This document shows positions 43,655 through 55,841 of a DNA stretch of 64,000 nt, in pieces. Both the position numbers and the translations under genes were made by a program. This DNA comes from Kiloniellales bacterium (GTDB lineage Bacteria; Pseudomonadota; Alphaproteobacteria; Kiloniellales; JAKSDN01), in the NCBI GenBank assembly GCA_030064845.1, contig JASJEC010000024.1, positions 1,102-65,101 on the forward strand. The letters run 5' to 3'. The stretch's first letter is position 1, and each line of letters begins with the position of its first letter. The notes beneath the pieces were generated by a model, which had not been told where the DNA came from, made no database searches, and saw nothing but the letters and a program-made list of their open reading frames with translations.

Positions 43655-44854
43655 ATGGGCGCGGAACTGGATGCCAAGACGTGTCTGCCGGAAGACGGTG
43701 CGGCGGGCACCTTGCTCGGTCGCGTCTGGCGGCCGGGCGATCCGGGCGGACCCAGCGTCGTCGTCCTTGAGGGCCAATCGCTTGTCGACGTCACGGGGGC
43801 TTTCCCCACCGTTACCCACCTGATCAACGCCGAGGATCCGGCGGCCGCCGCCCGCGGCGCGGCGAGCGGGGGCGAGGTGCTGGTGGACGGGATCGATGAA
43901 ATCGTCGCGAACAGCCACTTCGCCCGGCACGACCGGGCCCGACCTTCGCTCCTGGCGCCGACCGACCTCCAGGCTCTCAAGGCCTGCGGCGTCACCTTCG
44001 TGCGCTCGCTCCTGGAGCGGGTCATCGAGGAGCAGATCAAGGGCGACCCGGCCGGTGCCGAGGCGGCCCGTGCGCGAATCGTTGCCGAGATCGGCACGGA
44101 CCTGTCCGAGGTTAAACCAGGCTCGGAAGCGGCCGATCGCCTCAAGGCGGCGCTGATCGAGCGCGGCCTCTGGTCTCAGTACCTCGAGGTCGGCATCGGG
44201 CCCGACGCCGAGATCTTCACCAAGGCCCAGCCGCTCTCCGCCGTAGGCACCGGCGCCCGGATCGGCCTGCATCCCCGCTCGTCCTGGAACAACCCGGAGC
44301 CGGAGCTGGTCACGGTGATCAACGCCCGCGGCGAGACCGTGGGCGCGACCCTGGGCAACGACGTCAACCTGCGCGACTTCGAGGGGCGCAGCGCCCTCCT
44401 GCTCGGGCGCTCGAAGGACAACAACGGCTCCTGCGCCCTCGGCCCCTTCATCCGGCTGTTCGACGAGACCTTCACCCTGGACGACGCCCGGCGCGCCGAG
44501 GTCCACCTGCGGGTCGCGGGCGCCGACGGCTTCGCCCTCGAGGGCGTCAACTCGATCGCCGAGATCAGCCGCGACCTGCTCGATCTGGCCAGACAGGCGA
44601 TCGGCCCGGAGCACCAGTATCCCGACGGCCTGGCGCTCTTCACCGGCACCATGTTCGTGCCGGTGCAGGACCGCGACGCGCCCGGCGAGGGCTTCACCCA
44701 CAAGCAGGGCGACGTCGTCACCATCTCCAGTCCCAAGCTCGGCGCCCTGGTCAACACCGTCGGGCTGAGCGGCGAGATCCCGCCGTGGGAGATGGGCATC
44801 GCCGCCTTCATGGCTAACCTGGCCGCGCGCGGCCTCCTGGGAGCTCCATCATGA
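43655..44854 (+). CDS. FAH-family protein, long (about 400 aa) form
   Basis: The C-terminal half has FAH-like features (..NDVNLRDFEGRSALLLGRSKDNNGSCALGPFI.., ..LFTGTMF..). The N-terminal roughly 150 aa are an extra domain. Specific function unknown. Confidence 0.7.
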   Translation: MGAELDAKTCLPEDGAAGTLLGRVWRPGDPGGPSVVVLEGQSLVDVTGAFPTVTHLINAEDPAAAARGAASGGEVLVDGIDEIVANSHFARHDRARPSLLAPTDLQALKACGVTFVRSLLERVIEEQIKGDPAGAEAARARIVAEIGTDLSEVKPGSEAADRLKAALIERGLWSQYLEVGIGPDAEIFTKAQPLSAVGTGARIGLHPRSSWNNPEPELVTVINARGETVGATLGNDVNLRDFEGRSALLLGRSKDNNGSCALGPFIRLFDETFTLDDARRAEVHLRVAGADGFALEGVNSIAEISRDLLDLARQAIGPEHQYPDGLALFTGTMFVPVQDRDAPGEGFTHKQGDVVTISSPKLGALVNTVGLSGEIPPWEMGIAAFMANLAARGLLGAPS

Positions 44855-45834
44855 AAGTGGTCATCACCGGCGGCTGCGGATTCATCGGCCTGCGCCTGGC
44901 CCAGAAACTGCTGGAAAGAGGCGAACTCACCACACCCTCGGGAAGAAGCGCGGCGATCGATTCTCTCCTGCTGTTCGACATGCAGGCCCCCGAGGCCCTG
45001 CCTGCGGGGCTCGACGATTCAAGGGTCGCCGTTGCCCTGGGCGAAATCTCGAACCGGGACGAGGTCAAGGCCCTGGTCGACCGCGACGAGGTCTCGGTCT
45101 TCCACCTCGCCTCCGTCGTCTCGGGCGGCGGCGAGAAGGACTTCGATCTGGCGCTCCGGGTCAACCTCGACGGCGGCCTCAACGTCATGGAGGCCTGCCG
45201 GGCGCGCGCCGGCCTGCCGCGCCTGGTCTTCGCCTCCTCGATCGCCGTCTTCGGCGGCTCGGCCATGCCAAAGGCCGTTGGCGACACGGTCAAGCAGACG
45301 CCGCAGACGACCTACGGCGCGACCAAGGCGATCTGCGAGCTGCTGGTCAACGACTATACCCGCAAGGGCTTCTTAGACGGCCGCTCGGCACGCCTGCCGA
45401 CCGTGATCGTCCGGCCCGGCAAGCCCAACGCCGCCGCCTCCAGCTTCGTCAGCGGCCTGTTCCGCGAGCCCTTGAACGGCGTCGACTGCGCCCTGCCGGT
45501 CAAGCCGGAAACCGTCATGCCGGTGCTCGGCTACCGCTCAATCGTCGAGGGCCTGATCGCGCTGCACGAGGCGGACGGCGCCGCGCTCGGCGACGACCGG
45601 GCGGTCGAGCTGCCGAGCCATACTGTGACCGTGGCCGAGATGATCGAGGCGCTCCAGCGGGTCGCCGGCGACCGGCCGCTGGGCAAGATCACCGTCGAGC
45701 CCGACCCCTTCATAGAGGCGATCGTCGCAACCTGGCCGCTCGACGCCAGCTACGAACGCGCCACCGCGCTCGGTTTGCCGAAAGAAGACAGCCTGGACGA
45801 GATCGTCCAGGCCTACATCGAGGATTACCTGTGA
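44851..45834 (+). CDS. NAD-dependent epimerase/dehydratase-family oxidoreductase (D-erythronate dehydrogenase-like)
   Basis: MKVVITGGCGFIG Rossmann motif and YGATK (YxxxK). ATGA overlap with the upstream gene. The DenD-like assignment is from memory of similar annotations. Confidence 0.8.
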   Translation: MKVVITGGCGFIGLRLAQKLLERGELTTPSGRSAAIDSLLLFDMQAPEALPAGLDDSRVAVALGEISNRDEVKALVDRDEVSVFHLASVVSGGGEKDFDLALRVNLDGGLNVMEACRARAGLPRLVFASSIAVFGGSAMPKAVGDTVKQTPQTTYGATKAICELLVNDYTRKGFLDGRSARLPTVIVRPGKPNAAASSFVSGLFREPLNGVDCALPVKPETVMPVLGYRSIVEGLIALHEADGAALGDDRAVELPSHTVTVAEMIEALQRVAGDRPLGKITVEPDPFIEAIVATWPLDASYERATALGLPKEDSLDEIVQAYIEDYL

Positions 45835-46478
45835 AAGGCAAAGGCAGAAGCATGGATCTCCGCCCTTTCGCCTCGGCGTGTCGCGCCGCGTTTCGGGGCG
45901 GACGCCGGCTCGCCGCGGTGGGCCTCATCCTCGCGGCCACGGCCTGCACGCACTACTACACCCCGAGCGAGACCGCAGTCTGGTCGAAAGATAGCCGACT
46001 GCCGGCGACAACCCAGCCGGTGAAGGTCACCATCAGTAACGTTCAGGTCGTCGGTCACGAAGTCCTGATCGATGCCTGGGGGGAACAGAGATGGCTGATG
46101 GACCTGCATGACTGGACCGACTCCGCCGTAGCCCTCCTGCGCCTAGGCCTGGAAGCCAAGAACTACCGCGTCGGGGACCCCGCCGAGAAGTCCCTGAAGG
46201 TGAGCGTGGAGGCCGCCTACATGGGCGGGGGCACGTTCAACCCCTTCGTCGAAGTCGTGGTGGCGGTCTCCACCGGCGACGCGAAGCTCGCCGTCTTCAA
46301 GGGCCGGAGACCGCAGACCTTTCTCGTGGACGAGGTCTTCAACGAAGCGCTCGAAGTCGCCATAGGCAAGGTCTTGGACAGCGACCTCGTGATCGACTAC
46401 CTGACCCGTCCGAGCGGGCAGGAAGTGAAACGCATCCGAAGCTCAAACCCCAACGAAGGCGGCAAGCCCGCCGCGTAG
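45831..46478 (+). CDS. hypothetical exported protein / putative lipoprotein
   Basis: ..RRLAAVGLILAATAC-THYY is a lipobox-like signal. The start is ambiguous: GTG 45831 (GTGA overlap) or ATG 45852. I recognise no family. Confidence 0.55.
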   Translation: MKGKGRSMDLRPFASACRAAFRGGRRLAAVGLILAATACTHYYTPSETAVWSKDSRLPATTQPVKVTISNVQVVGHEVLIDAWGEQRWLMDLHDWTDSAVALLRLGLEAKNYRVGDPAEKSLKVSVEAAYMGGGTFNPFVEVVVAVSTGDAKLAVFKGRRPQTFLVDEVFNEALEVAIGKVLDSDLVIDYLTRPSGQEVKRIRSSNPNEGGKPAA

Positions 46479-46592
46479 CGCCCGACCGTCTCTGCGACAA
46501 GATCCACGAGAATCTCGCCTGTGCGGATTTTCTGTCTTGACGCCCGCGCTCGCTCTAAGATCGGCGATAAAACAGGGAGGAAAGCCAAGACG

Positions 46593-48326
<1,734 letters not shown>

Positions 48327-48397
48327 CGCTAGCCGCGCTATGATCCGGTCGGCTTCTGAGCGGTAAGTCGTAACTCCGGCGGGCGGCAGGACAACTC

Positions 48398-49036
48398 ATG
48401 CGCGACAGATTCGATCGCCTTTTCTGGCCGCTCTTCGGGTTCCTGCTCTATACCGGCGGGCTCTTCTTCGTGTTCGCCGCCCACAGGGCTATCTCTCAGC
48501 CGCTTCGCGGGTTCTTTCTTCTGCTCCTCTTGATCTTTCTGGCCGGCCTGCTGGCCGCCTCCTTCGCTCATGGCCTCGCCGTCATCCAGTCGAGATGGCC
48601 CCGCTTCGATCTCTCCCCGAACAAGAGCTTCCTGGCCTGCTGCATCGTCCTGACTTTTTTCTCATACTTCCTCCATCTCTTTCCCAAGACCACCGACCTC
48701 GTGTTATCGGAAGACGAACTAGGGATCACGAGCGAGAAAGGTGGAATCACCACTCTCCCCCCGACAACACGCCCCGACGGCCATGTTTCCCTGGAACGTT
48801 TGATGTTGTGGCCGAAGAACTTTGCCCGTTGGGAGAAAAAGCGCGAGGCCCGTAACCGCTATCTGGATTGGAGTTTCTACGTCGCCGCCGTCTCGTGGCT
48901 CGGCCTGCTCTTGATGACCTTTGCCGCGCCGGCGACACGGGCCCGTCCCGATGCGCGCACGGTTGCCTTGCATCCCATCGTCCTGGTCGGGCTGGGAGCG
49001 GTATTTGTGGCATCGCTCGTCCAGGCGATCAGCTAG
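48398..49036 (+). CDS. hypothetical multi-pass membrane protein
   Basis: 212 aa with at least 4 hydrophobic segments. It is visibly lower in GC and richer in Phe/Leu than flanking genes. I recognise no family. Confidence 0.5.
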   Translation: MRDRFDRLFWPLFGFLLYTGGLFFVFAAHRAISQPLRGFFLLLLLIFLAGLLAASFAHGLAVIQSRWPRFDLSPNKSFLACCIVLTFFSYFLHLFPKTTDLVLSEDELGITSEKGGITTLPPTTRPDGHVSLERLMLWPKNFARWEKKREARNRYLDWSFYVAAVSWLGLLLMTFAAPATRARPDARTVALHPIVLVGLGAVFVASLVQAIS

Positions 49037-49071
49037 AAGCAACAGGGGAGGTTTGCGACTTGGGTGTCAGG

Positions 49072-49800
49072 ATGAAGGGAAAAAAAGCCCTGGTAACCGC
49101 CGCAGCCCAGGGCATCGGCAGGGCGACGGCCCTGGCCCTCGCGGACGAAGGCGCCGGGGTCCTGGCGACCGACGTCGACGCGGCCGCGCTGGAGAGACTA
49201 GCCGGCACCACGGGAATCGAGACGAAACGCCTCGACGTCACAGACCAGGCCGCCGTCGCCAAGCTCGCCGAGGAGGTCGGCGCGGTCGACGCCCTGCTCA
49301 ACATCGCCGGCTTCGTCCATCACGGCTCGATCCTCGACTGCGCGGAAGAAGACTGGGACTTCTCCTTCGACCTCAACGTCAAGTCCATGTACCGCACGAT
49401 CCGCGCCTTCCTGCCGGCCATGCTCGAGGCCGGCGGCGGTTCGATCGTCAACATGGCCTCGGTCGCCTCCTCCATCCGCGGCCTGCCCAACCGCTTCGTC
49501 TATGGCGCAAGCAAGGCCGCCGTGATCGGCCTGACCAAGTCGGTCGCAGCCGATTTCATCCGGCAAGGTATCCGCTGCAACGCGATCTGTCCGGGCACGG
49601 TGGAATCGCCCTCACTGGAGGGCCGGATCGCCGCCTTCGACGATCCCGTGGCGGCGCGCAAGGCCTTCATCGAACGACAGCCCATCGGGCGCCTCGGCAA
49701 GCCCGAAGAGATCGCCAGCCTGGCCGTCCACCTCGCGGGCGAGGAATCGAGCTACACCACAGGCGCGGTCTTTACCGCGGACGGCGGCGTCACGCTCTGA
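49072..49800 (+). CDS. SDR-family oxidoreductase (2-keto-3-deoxy-sugar-acid 4-dehydrogenase-like / BDH2-like)
   Basis: ALVTAAAQGIG, NIAG, YGASKAA. Start trimmed to ATG 49072. Confidence 0.88.
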   Translation: MKGKKALVTAAAQGIGRATALALADEGAGVLATDVDAAALERLAGTTGIETKRLDVTDQAAVAKLAEEVGAVDALLNIAGFVHHGSILDCAEEDWDFSFDLNVKSMYRTIRAFLPAMLEAGGGSIVNMASVASSIRGLPNRFVYGASKAAVIGLTKSVAADFIRQGIRCNAICPGTVESPSLEGRIAAFDDPVAARKAFIERQPIGRLGKPEEIASLAVHLAGEESSYTTGAVFTADGGVTL

Positions 49801-49856
49801 ACAGGATCGCCTTCGACGCGAGTTCGCGCGCGCAGCGCGAGAGAGAGGAGGAAGCT

Positions 49857-50966
49857 TTGTCTTCTGTACATACCTTCGCCATCGCCGTGCTGCCGGGCGA
49901 CGGCATCGGACCCGAGGTGATGACCGCCTGTCTCGGACTGCTGGAGCGGCTGACCGCCGAGGAGACCGGCTTCGCGCTGGAGTTCGAGACTCTCGAGGCC
50001 GGCGCCGAGTGCTATCGGCGCAGCGGGGAAGCTCTGCCCACGCGCACCCTGGAACGGGCCGCCGGCGCCGACGCCATCCTGCTGGGCGCCATGGGGCTGC
50101 CGGAAATCCGCTATCCCGACGGGCGGGAGATCGCGCCGCAGCTCGACCTGCGCGAAAAGTTCCAGCTCTATGCCGGGATCCGTCCCGTGCGGATCTTTCC
50201 CGGTCTGCCCAGTCCCCTCGCCCACCCCCGCGCCGCCGAGACCGACTTCGTGCTGATCCGCGAGTCGACCGAGGGGCTCTTCGCCGGCCGCGCCAGCGGC
50301 ACGGTGGAAGACGACCGGGTCGCCCGCAATACGCTAGAAATCACCCGACCCGCCTGCGAACGCCTGTTCGACTTCGCCTTCGCGCTGGCGCGCCAACGCA
50401 AGGCGGCGGGACACCCGGGGCGCGTCACCTGCGTCGACAAGGCCAACGTGCTCCAGGCCTTCGCCTTCTTCCGCGAGATCTTCGACGAGCGCGCGGCACG
50501 CTTCCCCGACGTCACGGCCGACCACCGCTACGTCGACGCCATGGCGCTCGACATGGTGCGCCAGCCCTGGGCCTATGACGTGCTGGTCACCGAGAATATG
50601 TTCGGCGACATCCTGTCCGACCTCGGCGCGGGCCTGATGAGCGGCATGGGCATGGCGCCCTCGGCCGACATCGGCGACCGGCAGGCCGTCTTCCAGCCCT
50701 GCCACGGCAGCGCGCCGGATATCGCCGGCAGCGGCAAGGCAAACCCCACGGCCATGATCCTCTCGGCCGCCATGATGCTCGAGTGGCTCGGCGAGCGCCG
50801 GTCGCTCCCCGCCTGCAACGCGGCCGGACGTCGCCTGCGTGACGCCGTCGACCGGGCCTACGCCGCCGGCGAGCTCCGGCCCTTCGAGCTCGGCGGCAGC
50901 CACGGCACCGCGGCGATCACCGATGCCGTCCTGGCCTGCCTGGAAAATCCGGCGGCGGCGGCATGA
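49857..50966 (+). CDS. isocitrate/isopropylmalate/tartrate dehydrogenase-family decarboxylating dehydrogenase (second paralogue)
   Basis: VLPGDGIGPEV, IRESTEGLF, ENMFGDILSD, HGSAPDIAGSGKANP. Start proposed at TTG 49857, with GAGGAGGA immediately upstream. There is no in-frame ATG near the N-terminus. Confidence 0.85.
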   Translation: MSSVHTFAIAVLPGDGIGPEVMTACLGLLERLTAEETGFALEFETLEAGAECYRRSGEALPTRTLERAAGADAILLGAMGLPEIRYPDGREIAPQLDLREKFQLYAGIRPVRIFPGLPSPLAHPRAAETDFVLIRESTEGLFAGRASGTVEDDRVARNTLEITRPACERLFDFAFALARQRKAAGHPGRVTCVDKANVLQAFAFFREIFDERAARFPDVTADHRYVDAMALDMVRQPWAYDVLVTENMFGDILSDLGAGLMSGMGMAPSADIGDRQAVFQPCHGSAPDIAGSGKANPTAMILSAAMMLEWLGERRSLPACNAAGRRLRDAVDRAYAAGELRPFELGGSHGTAAITDAVLACLENPAAAA

Positions 50967-51994
50967 CCGCGCCCCTGCGGATTGCCGTCGCCGGCAGCGG
51001 GTACTTCAGCCAATTCCACTACGACGCCTGGCGGCGGCTTCCCGGAGCGGAGCTGGTCGCCTTGGCCAGCCGCGACGCCGGGAGCGCCCAGGAGCGCGCG
51101 GCGAGCTTCGCCGTGCCGGCGGTCTTCGAGGAGGTCGGCGCCATGCTGGAGGCCGCCGAGCCGGATCTCCTGGATATCGTGACGCCGCCGGAGACTCACC
51201 TAGCCCTCGTGCGGGAAGCGGCCCGGCGCGGCATCGCGGTGATCTGCCAGAAACCCCTGGCGCCGACCCTCGAGGAAGCGGTCGCGGTGGTCGAGACGGC
51301 GGAACAGGCGGGCATCCTCCTGGTGGTTCACGAGAACTTTCGCTTCCAGCCCTGGTTCGCCCATGCCCGCGCTCTGATCGGCGAAAGCCGGCTCGGCCAG
51401 CTCCACGGTATCGACTTCCGACTGCGCCCCGGCGACGGCCAGGGTCCCCGGGCCTATCTCGACCGGCAGCCCTACTTCCAGACCATGCCCCGCTTCCTGA
51501 TCCACGAGACCGGCATCCACTTCGTCGATACTTTTCGCAGCCTAATGGGCGCGGTCACCGCGGTCACCGCCCGGCTGCGCCGGGTCAACCCCGTGATCGC
51601 CGGCGAGGACGCGGGCACCGTAGTCTTCGAGTTCGAGTCCGGCGCCCTAGGAGTTTTCGACGGCAACCGGCTGAACGATCACGTCGCCGAGAACACGCGG
51701 CTCACCATGGGCGAGATGCACCTGGAAGGCTCGGCCGGCGTGCTGCGCCTCGACGGCCACGCCCGCCTCTGGTGGAAGGACCACGGCGGCGCCGAAGTCG
51801 CGGAGCCTTATGACCTGCCCGCCCAAGGCTTCGCAGGCGACTGCGTCTTCGCCCTGCAGCGACATGTCGTGGACCACCTGCTCCACGGCCGGCCCCTGGT
51901 CAACGACGGTCGGGCCTATTTGACCAACATGGAGATCGTCGAGGCGATCTACCGCTCCCACGAGACCGGCCGACGGATCGCGCTGGAAGAGTGA
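50963..51994 (+). CDS. Gfo/Idh/MocA-family oxidoreductase
   Basis: LRIAVAGSGYFSQFH Rossmann start and ..VICQKPLA.. motif. ATGA overlap with the upstream gene. Confidence 0.88.
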   Translation: MTAPLRIAVAGSGYFSQFHYDAWRRLPGAELVALASRDAGSAQERAASFAVPAVFEEVGAMLEAAEPDLLDIVTPPETHLALVREAARRGIAVICQKPLAPTLEEAVAVVETAEQAGILLVVHENFRFQPWFAHARALIGESRLGQLHGIDFRLRPGDGQGPRAYLDRQPYFQTMPRFLIHETGIHFVDTFRSLMGAVTAVTARLRRVNPVIAGEDAGTVVFEFESGALGVFDGNRLNDHVAENTRLTMGEMHLEGSAGVLRLDGHARLWWKDHGGAEVAEPYDLPAQGFAGDCVFALQRHVVDHLLHGRPLVNDGRAYLTNMEIVEAIYRSHETGRRIALEE

Positions 51995-52875
51995 GTGTCC
52001 CGATGGGCGGTGCCAAGACACCTGCGCTCTATCGCTGCCGAGGCTACCCTTCGCCGGCAGACTTCTTGCGCGAGACCCGGATGCACTTCGCGGGGCGGGA
52101 AGCCGAGAACACGGTCCTTCTCGGCGCGCTCCACGCCCTGGACAGGGAGCGGCGGTCGTCGGCGCAGATGCTGGCCGTCGAGCGCGCCGGTGAGATATGC
52201 CTCGCCGCCGTACAAACGCCGCCTTTCAAGCTCGTTCTCTCTCACGGAGACCCCGCTGCGCTTCCCTGCCTCGCCGGGTGGCTGGCCGAAAGCGCAGTTG
52301 TCCTGCCGGGCGTGAGCGGCCCGGCCGGCCTGCTCGAGGGGCTGGTCGCGGCACTCCGCGAACATATCGATATCGCGCCGGAACCGGAGTTCCAGCTCAA
52401 CCTCTATAGCCTGACCAGACTCATTCCGGACACCAGGATCCGTGGATCCCTCGTCGAGGCTTCGCAAGACGACCTGGCGCTCCTGCTGGACTGGCAGGAC
52501 GGCTTCTTCGAAGAGACCGGTTTGCCTCATGATGAACTTGAGGAGGCCCGCGCCTACCTGGGGCAGCGCCTGACCGAAGGCGAGATTCATCTCTGGAGCC
52601 TCGATGGCCGAGCCGTTTCCGTCGCGGGCGTCAATCCCGGCGGGGCGACGCCGACCTTTCCACGGATCAACTTCGTCTACACGCCGCCCGACGTGCGCAA
52701 CCAGGGCTACGCCACGGCCTGCGTGACCCGCTTGAGCCGGACCCTGCTCGAGCGCGGCTCTACCTGCTGCCTGATCTTCGCCGACGAGGACAACCCGCTC
52801 ACCAACCATCTCTATCGCAAGATCGGCTACGAGCGCTCCGGGCGCTTCCACACGGTCAGCTTCACCGGACCCTGA
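51991..52875 (+). CDS. GNAT-family N-acetyltransferase
   Basis: C-terminal acetyl-CoA site ..VYTPPDVRNQGYATACVTRLSRTLLERG... The start is either GTG 51991 (GTGA overlap) or ATG 52003. Confidence 0.8.
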   Translation: MSVPMGGAKTPALYRCRGYPSPADFLRETRMHFAGREAENTVLLGALHALDRERRSSAQMLAVERAGEICLAAVQTPPFKLVLSHGDPAALPCLAGWLAESAVVLPGVSGPAGLLEGLVAALREHIDIAPEPEFQLNLYSLTRLIPDTRIRGSLVEASQDDLALLLDWQDGFFEETGLPHDELEEARAYLGQRLTEGEIHLWSLDGRAVSVAGVNPGGATPTFPRINFVYTPPDVRNQGYATACVTRLSRTLLERGSTCCLIFADEDNPLTNHLYRKIGYERSGRFHTVSFTGP

Positions 52876-52887
52876 GGCGGCAAGGCC

Positions 52888-53268
52888 TCAGTTCGGCAAG
52901 ACTTCGATGATGTTGCGGTACTGACCGAGCATGGGGATCCGCCAACCGGCGACCACGACCCGGTAGCTGTTGCCGGCCTTGAGCGAGTGAAAACGTTCCG
53001 CGCTCTCGAACTTCATGAAGACGTAGGAAGTGCTGACCTCGAAGACCTCGTCCCGGGTATAGATCAGGAACCTGTCCCGCCGGTCGTGACGGCTCGTTCC
53101 GACGTTGACGTAGGTCCCGCTGCGTCCCACACGGCCGCTCTTGTCCTCGACAACGAGGTCGATTTGCTCGGCGCTGATGAAATAGGCCGCCGTCGCCGGC
53201 AGCGCCAGCAGCGCCACGACGATCAATGACTTACTGTTGAGCCGAACCCGGGTCATGGAAAGAACCAC
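52888..53268 (-). CDS. hypothetical N-terminally anchored or exported protein
   Basis: 126-aa ORF with an N-terminal hydrophobic segment (LIVVALLALPATAAYFI) and a beta-rich remainder. The start is GTG 53268 or ATG 53256. Confidence 0.55.
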   Translation of the reverse strand: MVLSMTRVRLNSKSLIVVALLALPATAAYFISAEQIDLVVEDKSGRVGRSGTYVNVGTSRHDRRDRFLIYTRDEVFEVSTSYVFMKFESAERFHSLKAGNSYRVVVAGWRIPMLGQYRNIIEVLPN

Positions 53269-53411
53269 GTCTCAAAACGGAAGGGTGTTAATGATTCATT
53301 ATGACGTCAGGATGTTAAAACCTTATAAAAATCAGTGTTTTTTACTGAATACTTAAACCCTTTTGCCATACCCGTTATATCTTGCTTCCGCAACCACCTG
53401 CCGGGTGCCCC

Positions 53412-54242
53412 ATGTCACAAGCCAGCTACATTCCCTCGGTCGGCCGCGCCCACCAGAGCCGCAGCGACGACGTCGACTACCAGATCCACGGCGAGGACAT
53501 TCAGTTCGTCGAGATCGAGCTCGACCCGGGCGAGAGCGCCGTCGCCGAGGCCGGCGCCATGATGTTCAAGGATGCCGACATCGGCATGACGACGATCTTC
53601 GGCGACGGCTCGGCCCAGGAGGGCGGCTTCTTCGACAAGCTGGTCGGCGCCGGCAAGAGAGTCATCACCGGGGAGAGCCTGTTCACCACGGTCTTCACCC
53701 ACGAGGGCCTCGGCAAGGCCCGCGTCGCCTTCGCCGCGCCCTTCCCTGGCCGCATCCTGGCGCTCAAGCTGAGCGATTTCGGCGGCCGGCTGATCTGCCA
53801 GAAGGACAGCTTCCTGGCAGCCGCCAAGGGCGTCTCCATCGGCATTCACTTCCAGCGGAAGATCCTGACAGGCCTGTTCGGCGGCGAGGGCTTCATCATG
53901 CAGAAGCTGGAAGGCGACGGCTGGGTCTTCGTGCACATGGGCGGCGTCCTGGTCGCGAGGGACCTGGCGCCCGGCGAGGTGCTCCACGTCGATACCGGCT
54001 GCCTCGCGGCGCTGACCGACAGCGTCGACTACGACATCGTCCAGGCCGGCGGCATCAAGACCATGCTGTTCGGCGGCGAGGGCGCCTTCTTCGCACGCCT
54101 CACGGGTCCGGGTCGGGTCTGGCTGCAGAGCCTGCCGTTTTCCCGCCTGGCCGGCCGCATGCTGGCCGCGGCGCCGCAGAACGGCGGCAACCGACAGGGC
54201 GAGGGATCGATCCTGGGCGGCCTGGGCGACCTGATCGACTGA
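53412..54242 (+). CDS. AIM24 / TIGR00266-family protein
   Basis: ..VEIELDPGESAVAEAGAMM..GESLF.T.F...G..VAFAAPFPG.I..L...G..L.CQKDSFLAA..G.GEGFIMQKLEG.G..F.. has the characteristic family pattern. Start trimmed to ATG 53412. Confidence 0.85.
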   Translation: MSQASYIPSVGRAHQSRSDDVDYQIHGEDIQFVEIELDPGESAVAEAGAMMFKDADIGMTTIFGDGSAQEGGFFDKLVGAGKRVITGESLFTTVFTHEGLGKARVAFAAPFPGRILALKLSDFGGRLICQKDSFLAAAKGVSIGIHFQRKILTGLFGGEGFIMQKLEGDGWVFVHMGGVLVARDLAPGEVLHVDTGCLAALTDSVDYDIVQAGGIKTMLFGGEGAFFARLTGPGRVWLQSLPFSRLAGRMLAAAPQNGGNRQGEGSILGGLGDLID

Positions 54243-54252
54243 GGAGGGCGCC

Positions 54253-55047
54253 CTACCCCGCCATCCAGCCGCCGTCGACCAGCAGGTTCTCGCCGGTGAC
54301 GTAGCTGGCTTCCTCGCTGGCCAGGAAGAGCGCTGCCCCGGCCACGTCTTCCGGCCGCCCGAGCCGCGGCCAGGGCGTCCGCGCCCTGGCGTATTCGAGG
54401 GTCTCCGGCTCGACGGCCGCTCCGCCCTTGCCGGTCAGGATCTTTCCTGGCGCCACGGCGTTGCAGACGATGCCCGCCTCGGCATAGTCCGCCGCGATCT
54501 GGCGGGTCATGTAGGCGACGCCCGCCTTGCTGACCCCGTAGGCAATATCGCCGGGACAGCAGATCATGCCGTGCTGCGAGGAGACGTTGACGAGGCGCCC
54601 CCGCACCCGGTCGCCGAGATCGCTCCGGTGGGGCGGCTGATCGAGCATCTGCTGTGCCGCCCGCTTGCAGCCGTTGAAGACGCCCTTGAGGTTGACCGCC
54701 AACACGCGGTCCCAGTCGGCCTCGGAGGTCTCGGTCAAGCGGCCGCCGGTCGAGATCGCCGCGTTGTTGACCATCACGTCGAGCCGGCCGAAGCGACGGA
54801 CGGTCTCCGAGACCAGGCGGTCGACGTCCTCCCACTTCGAGACATCCGCGCGGTGGAACACGCAGGCGCCGCCCGCCTCGTCGATCAGGCGGCGGGTCGG
54901 CGGCCCGCCCTCGCGCGGGGCCTCGGTCACGTCGGCGATGACCACGAGGGCGCCCTCCTCGGCGAAGCGCCGAGCGATCGCCCGGCCGATGCCGGACGCG
55001 GCGCCGGTGACGATGGCGCTTCTTCCCTGCAAGCGTCCCGGGCCCAT
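54253..55047 (-). CDS. SDR-family oxidoreductase
   Basis: IVTGAASGIG, NNAA, YGVSKAG. Confidence 0.9.
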   Translation of the reverse strand: MGPGRLQGRSAIVTGAASGIGRAIARRFAEEGALVVIADVTEAPREGGPPTRRLIDEAGGACVFHRADVSKWEDVDRLVSETVRRFGRLDVMVNNAAISTGGRLTETSEADWDRVLAVNLKGVFNGCKRAAQQMLDQPPHRSDLGDRVRGRLVNVSSQHGMICCPGDIAYGVSKAGVAYMTRQIAADYAEAGIVCNAVAPGKILTGKGGAAVEPETLEYARARTPWPRLGRPEDVAGAALFLASEEASYVTGENLLVDGGWMAG

Positions 55048-55054
55048 GGCCGGC

Positions 55055-55807
55055 TCAGTAAGTGGCGCGGCCGCCGGAGATATCGAACACGCCGCCGGTG
55101 GTGAAGGAGCAGTCCTCGGAGGCGAGCCAGGCCACGAGCGCCGCCACCTCCTCGACGGTGACGAAGCGGCCGCGCGGGATCTTCGACAGCATGTAGTCGA
55201 CGTGCTCCTGGGTGATCTGCTCGAAGATCCGCGTCTTCGCCGCCGCCGGCGTCACGCAGTTGACCGCGATATCCTGGTCGGCCAGTTCCTTGCCGAGGGA
55301 CTTCGTCAGGGCGATGACGCCGGCCTTGGCCGCGCTGTAGGCAGAGGCGTTGGGGTTGCCCTCCTTGCCGGCGATCGAGGCGATGTTGACGATCCTCCCG
55401 TAGCCCCGCTCGCGCATGCCCGGCACCACGGCCCGGCAGCAGAGGAAGACCGCGGTCAGATCGAGATCGATCACCTGCCGCCAGGCCTCGATCGGGTAGT
55501 CCCAGACCTTGACCGCCGGGCCGGCGATCCCGGCGTTGTTGACCAGGATGTCGATCGCGCCGAGTCCCGAGACTGTATCCGCCAGCGCCGCCTCGACCGC
55601 CTCCGGCGCCGTGATGTCGGCCGCGACGGCGTGCACGCGGCCTTGACTGCCGAGCTCGCGCGCGGTTTCCGCGAGCAAATCGGCGTCGAGGTCCCAGAGC
55701 GCGACCGCCGCGCCGCTCTCGAGCATACGTTCGGCGACGGCGCGGCCGATGCCCTGGGCGCCGCCGGTGATGACGGCCCGGCGCCCCTCCAGATCGATGC
55801 GGTTCAC
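55055..55807 (-). CDS. SDR-family oxidoreductase (3-oxoacyl-ACP reductase-like)
   Basis: VITGGAQGIG, NNAG, YSAAKAG. Confidence 0.9.
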   Translation of the reverse strand: MNRIDLEGRRAVITGGAQGIGRAVAERMLESGAAVALWDLDADLLAETARELGSQGRVHAVAADITAPEAVEAALADTVSGLGAIDILVNNAGIAGPAVKVWDYPIEAWRQVIDLDLTAVFLCCRAVVPGMRERGYGRIVNIASIAGKEGNPNASAYSAAKAGVIALTKSLGKELADQDIAVNCVTPAAAKTRIFEQITQEHVDYMLSKIPRGRFVTVEEVAALVAWLASEDCSFTTGGVFDISGGRATY

Positions 55808-55841
55808 CCCGGGCCCCCTGCTCTCTTCGTGGAAACCAAGT